This document shows, in pieces, positions 15,302 through 16,272 of a DNA stretch of 16,272 bases. Source of the DNA: Candidatus Krumholzibacteriia bacterium (GTDB lineage: Bacteria; Krumholzibacteriota; Krumholzibacteriia; WVZY01); contig JAZGDW010000281.1 of NCBI GenBank assembly GCA_036478295.1, positions 1 to 16,272 of the forward strand. Reading direction: 5' to 3'. The first letter of the stretch is position 1; every line of letters starts with the position of its first letter. Below the pieces are notes generated by a model, which saw nothing but the letters and a program-made list of their open reading frames with translations, ran no database searches and was not told the origin of the DNA. The position numbers and the translations under genes are program-made.

Positions 15302-16272
15302 CTAGACCGCCTTGTCGGAAAAATCCAGGGGCGCGGTTTGCGTCGCTTCGAGCTGGTCGGAGCAGACTTCGCACACGCGGTTGAAGACACGGAAGCCAAG
15401 CAGCTTCACGTCGGGGGAGAGAAATCCCTCCCCTACAGGCTCGTCGCCGAGGAGGTCCGTGGAGAGATATTTCTTGTTGTCGTCGGGGAAAACCGTTACC
15501 ACCACCGCATCGCTTCCCATCCCGTCCTGAACCTTGAGCGCGCCCAGGAAGTTCGCACCCGAGGAGATGCCCACGCCGATTCCCATGTCACGCGCGAGTT
15601 TTTGCGCCATGAGGATCGAATCACCGTCGTCCACGGCGACGACCTTATCCATCGCTTTCAGGTCGACGATGGGCGGAATGAACTCGTCCGAGACCCCCTG
15701 GATGCGGTGCTTGCCCACGCGATGTCCCGTAGAAAGGGTGGGTGAGTTCGCCGGCTCCAGCGGGTGAATCTTGAGGGCGGGATTCTTTTTCTTGAGGAAA
15801 TCACCGGTGCCCATGATGGTGCCACCGGTACCGACACCCGCCACGATAGCGTCGGGCCGGAGCTGGTGTATTTTCAACTGCCACCAAATCTCCGGCCCGG
15901 TTGCGAGCGAGTGGGCTCGTATATTGTCTTCGTTCGAAAACTGCCGGGGCAGAAACGCGCCCTCGGTCATGTCGGCGAATTGCTCGGAGCGCCAGATGCT
16001 CCCCACAAACCCGCCGGCCTCCTCAGTAACCAGATGAATCTCGGCGCCCAGCGATCCGATCAGGTTGACTCTCTCCGCGCTCATCCAGTCCGGCATAAAG
16101 ATGGTGACCGGATGGCCGAGTGCGCGGCCGATGGCGGCGAATGAAATGCCCGTGTTGCCACTCGTCGCCTCGACGATCAGGGCGCCCGGCTCGAGAGCGC
16201 CGCGCTTGTAGCCCTGCCGGATGATGTGCAGTGCCATGCGGTCCTTTATGCTGCCGGTCATGTTCGAATGCT
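15302..16272 (-). CDS. cysK: PLP-dependent cysteine synthase family protein, partial (5' end beyond window)
   Basis: Frame open to the right edge ([11 protein letters not shown], containing the PLP lysine). Motifs [12 protein letters not shown]...H, GVGTGGT, HRIQG, GISSGAN and PD...KYLST. Confidence 0.88.
   Translation of the reverse strand, partial: HSNMTGSIKDRMALHIIRQGYKRGALEPGALIVEATSGNTGISFAAIGRALGHPVTIFMPDWMSAERVNLIGSLGAEIHLVTEEAGGFVGSIWRSEQFADMTEGAFLPRQFSNEDNIRAHSLATGPEIWWQLKIHQLRPDAIVAGVGTGGTIMGTGDFLKKKNPALKIHPLEPANSPTLSTGHRVGKHRIQGVSDEFIPPIVDLKAMDKVVAVDDGDSILMAQKLARDMGIGVGISSGANFLGALKVQDGMGSDAVVVTVFPDDNKKYLSTDLLGDEPVGEGFLSPDVKLLGFRVFNRVCEVCSDQLEATQTAPLDFSDKAV

Overview
GC-rich bacterial window, probably from an FCB-related lineage (inferred from a PorV/PorQ-type barrel, a YPNPF-type C-terminal domain and Gln after most signal peptides). 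At the left is a minus-strand lipoprotein gene that runs off the window and is missed by the ORF track (Ig-like, PKD-like, DUF1565/beta-helix and Gly-rich regions). The centre (2274-13478) is an eight-gene plus-strand cluster behind a candidate sigma54 promoter. It encodes a multi-Ig surface protein with a T9SS-CTD/FlgD-like tail, a PorV/PorQ-like barrel fused to an FlgD-Ig domain, a ~1035-aa TPR protein, ExbB/TolQ, two ExbD/TolR, TonB, and an FlgD-Ig plus degenerate OmpA-like protein. No TonB-dependent receptor, TolB/Pal or PorK/L/M/N gene is in the window, so the cluster may be an ExbBD-TonB-powered surface-protein export or display machine. After it come a 32-bp tandem duplication and a 5 x 22-bp array of palindromes. 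At the right are a minus-strand two-domain aspartyl protease with PDZ and a partial cysteine-synthase-family gene.
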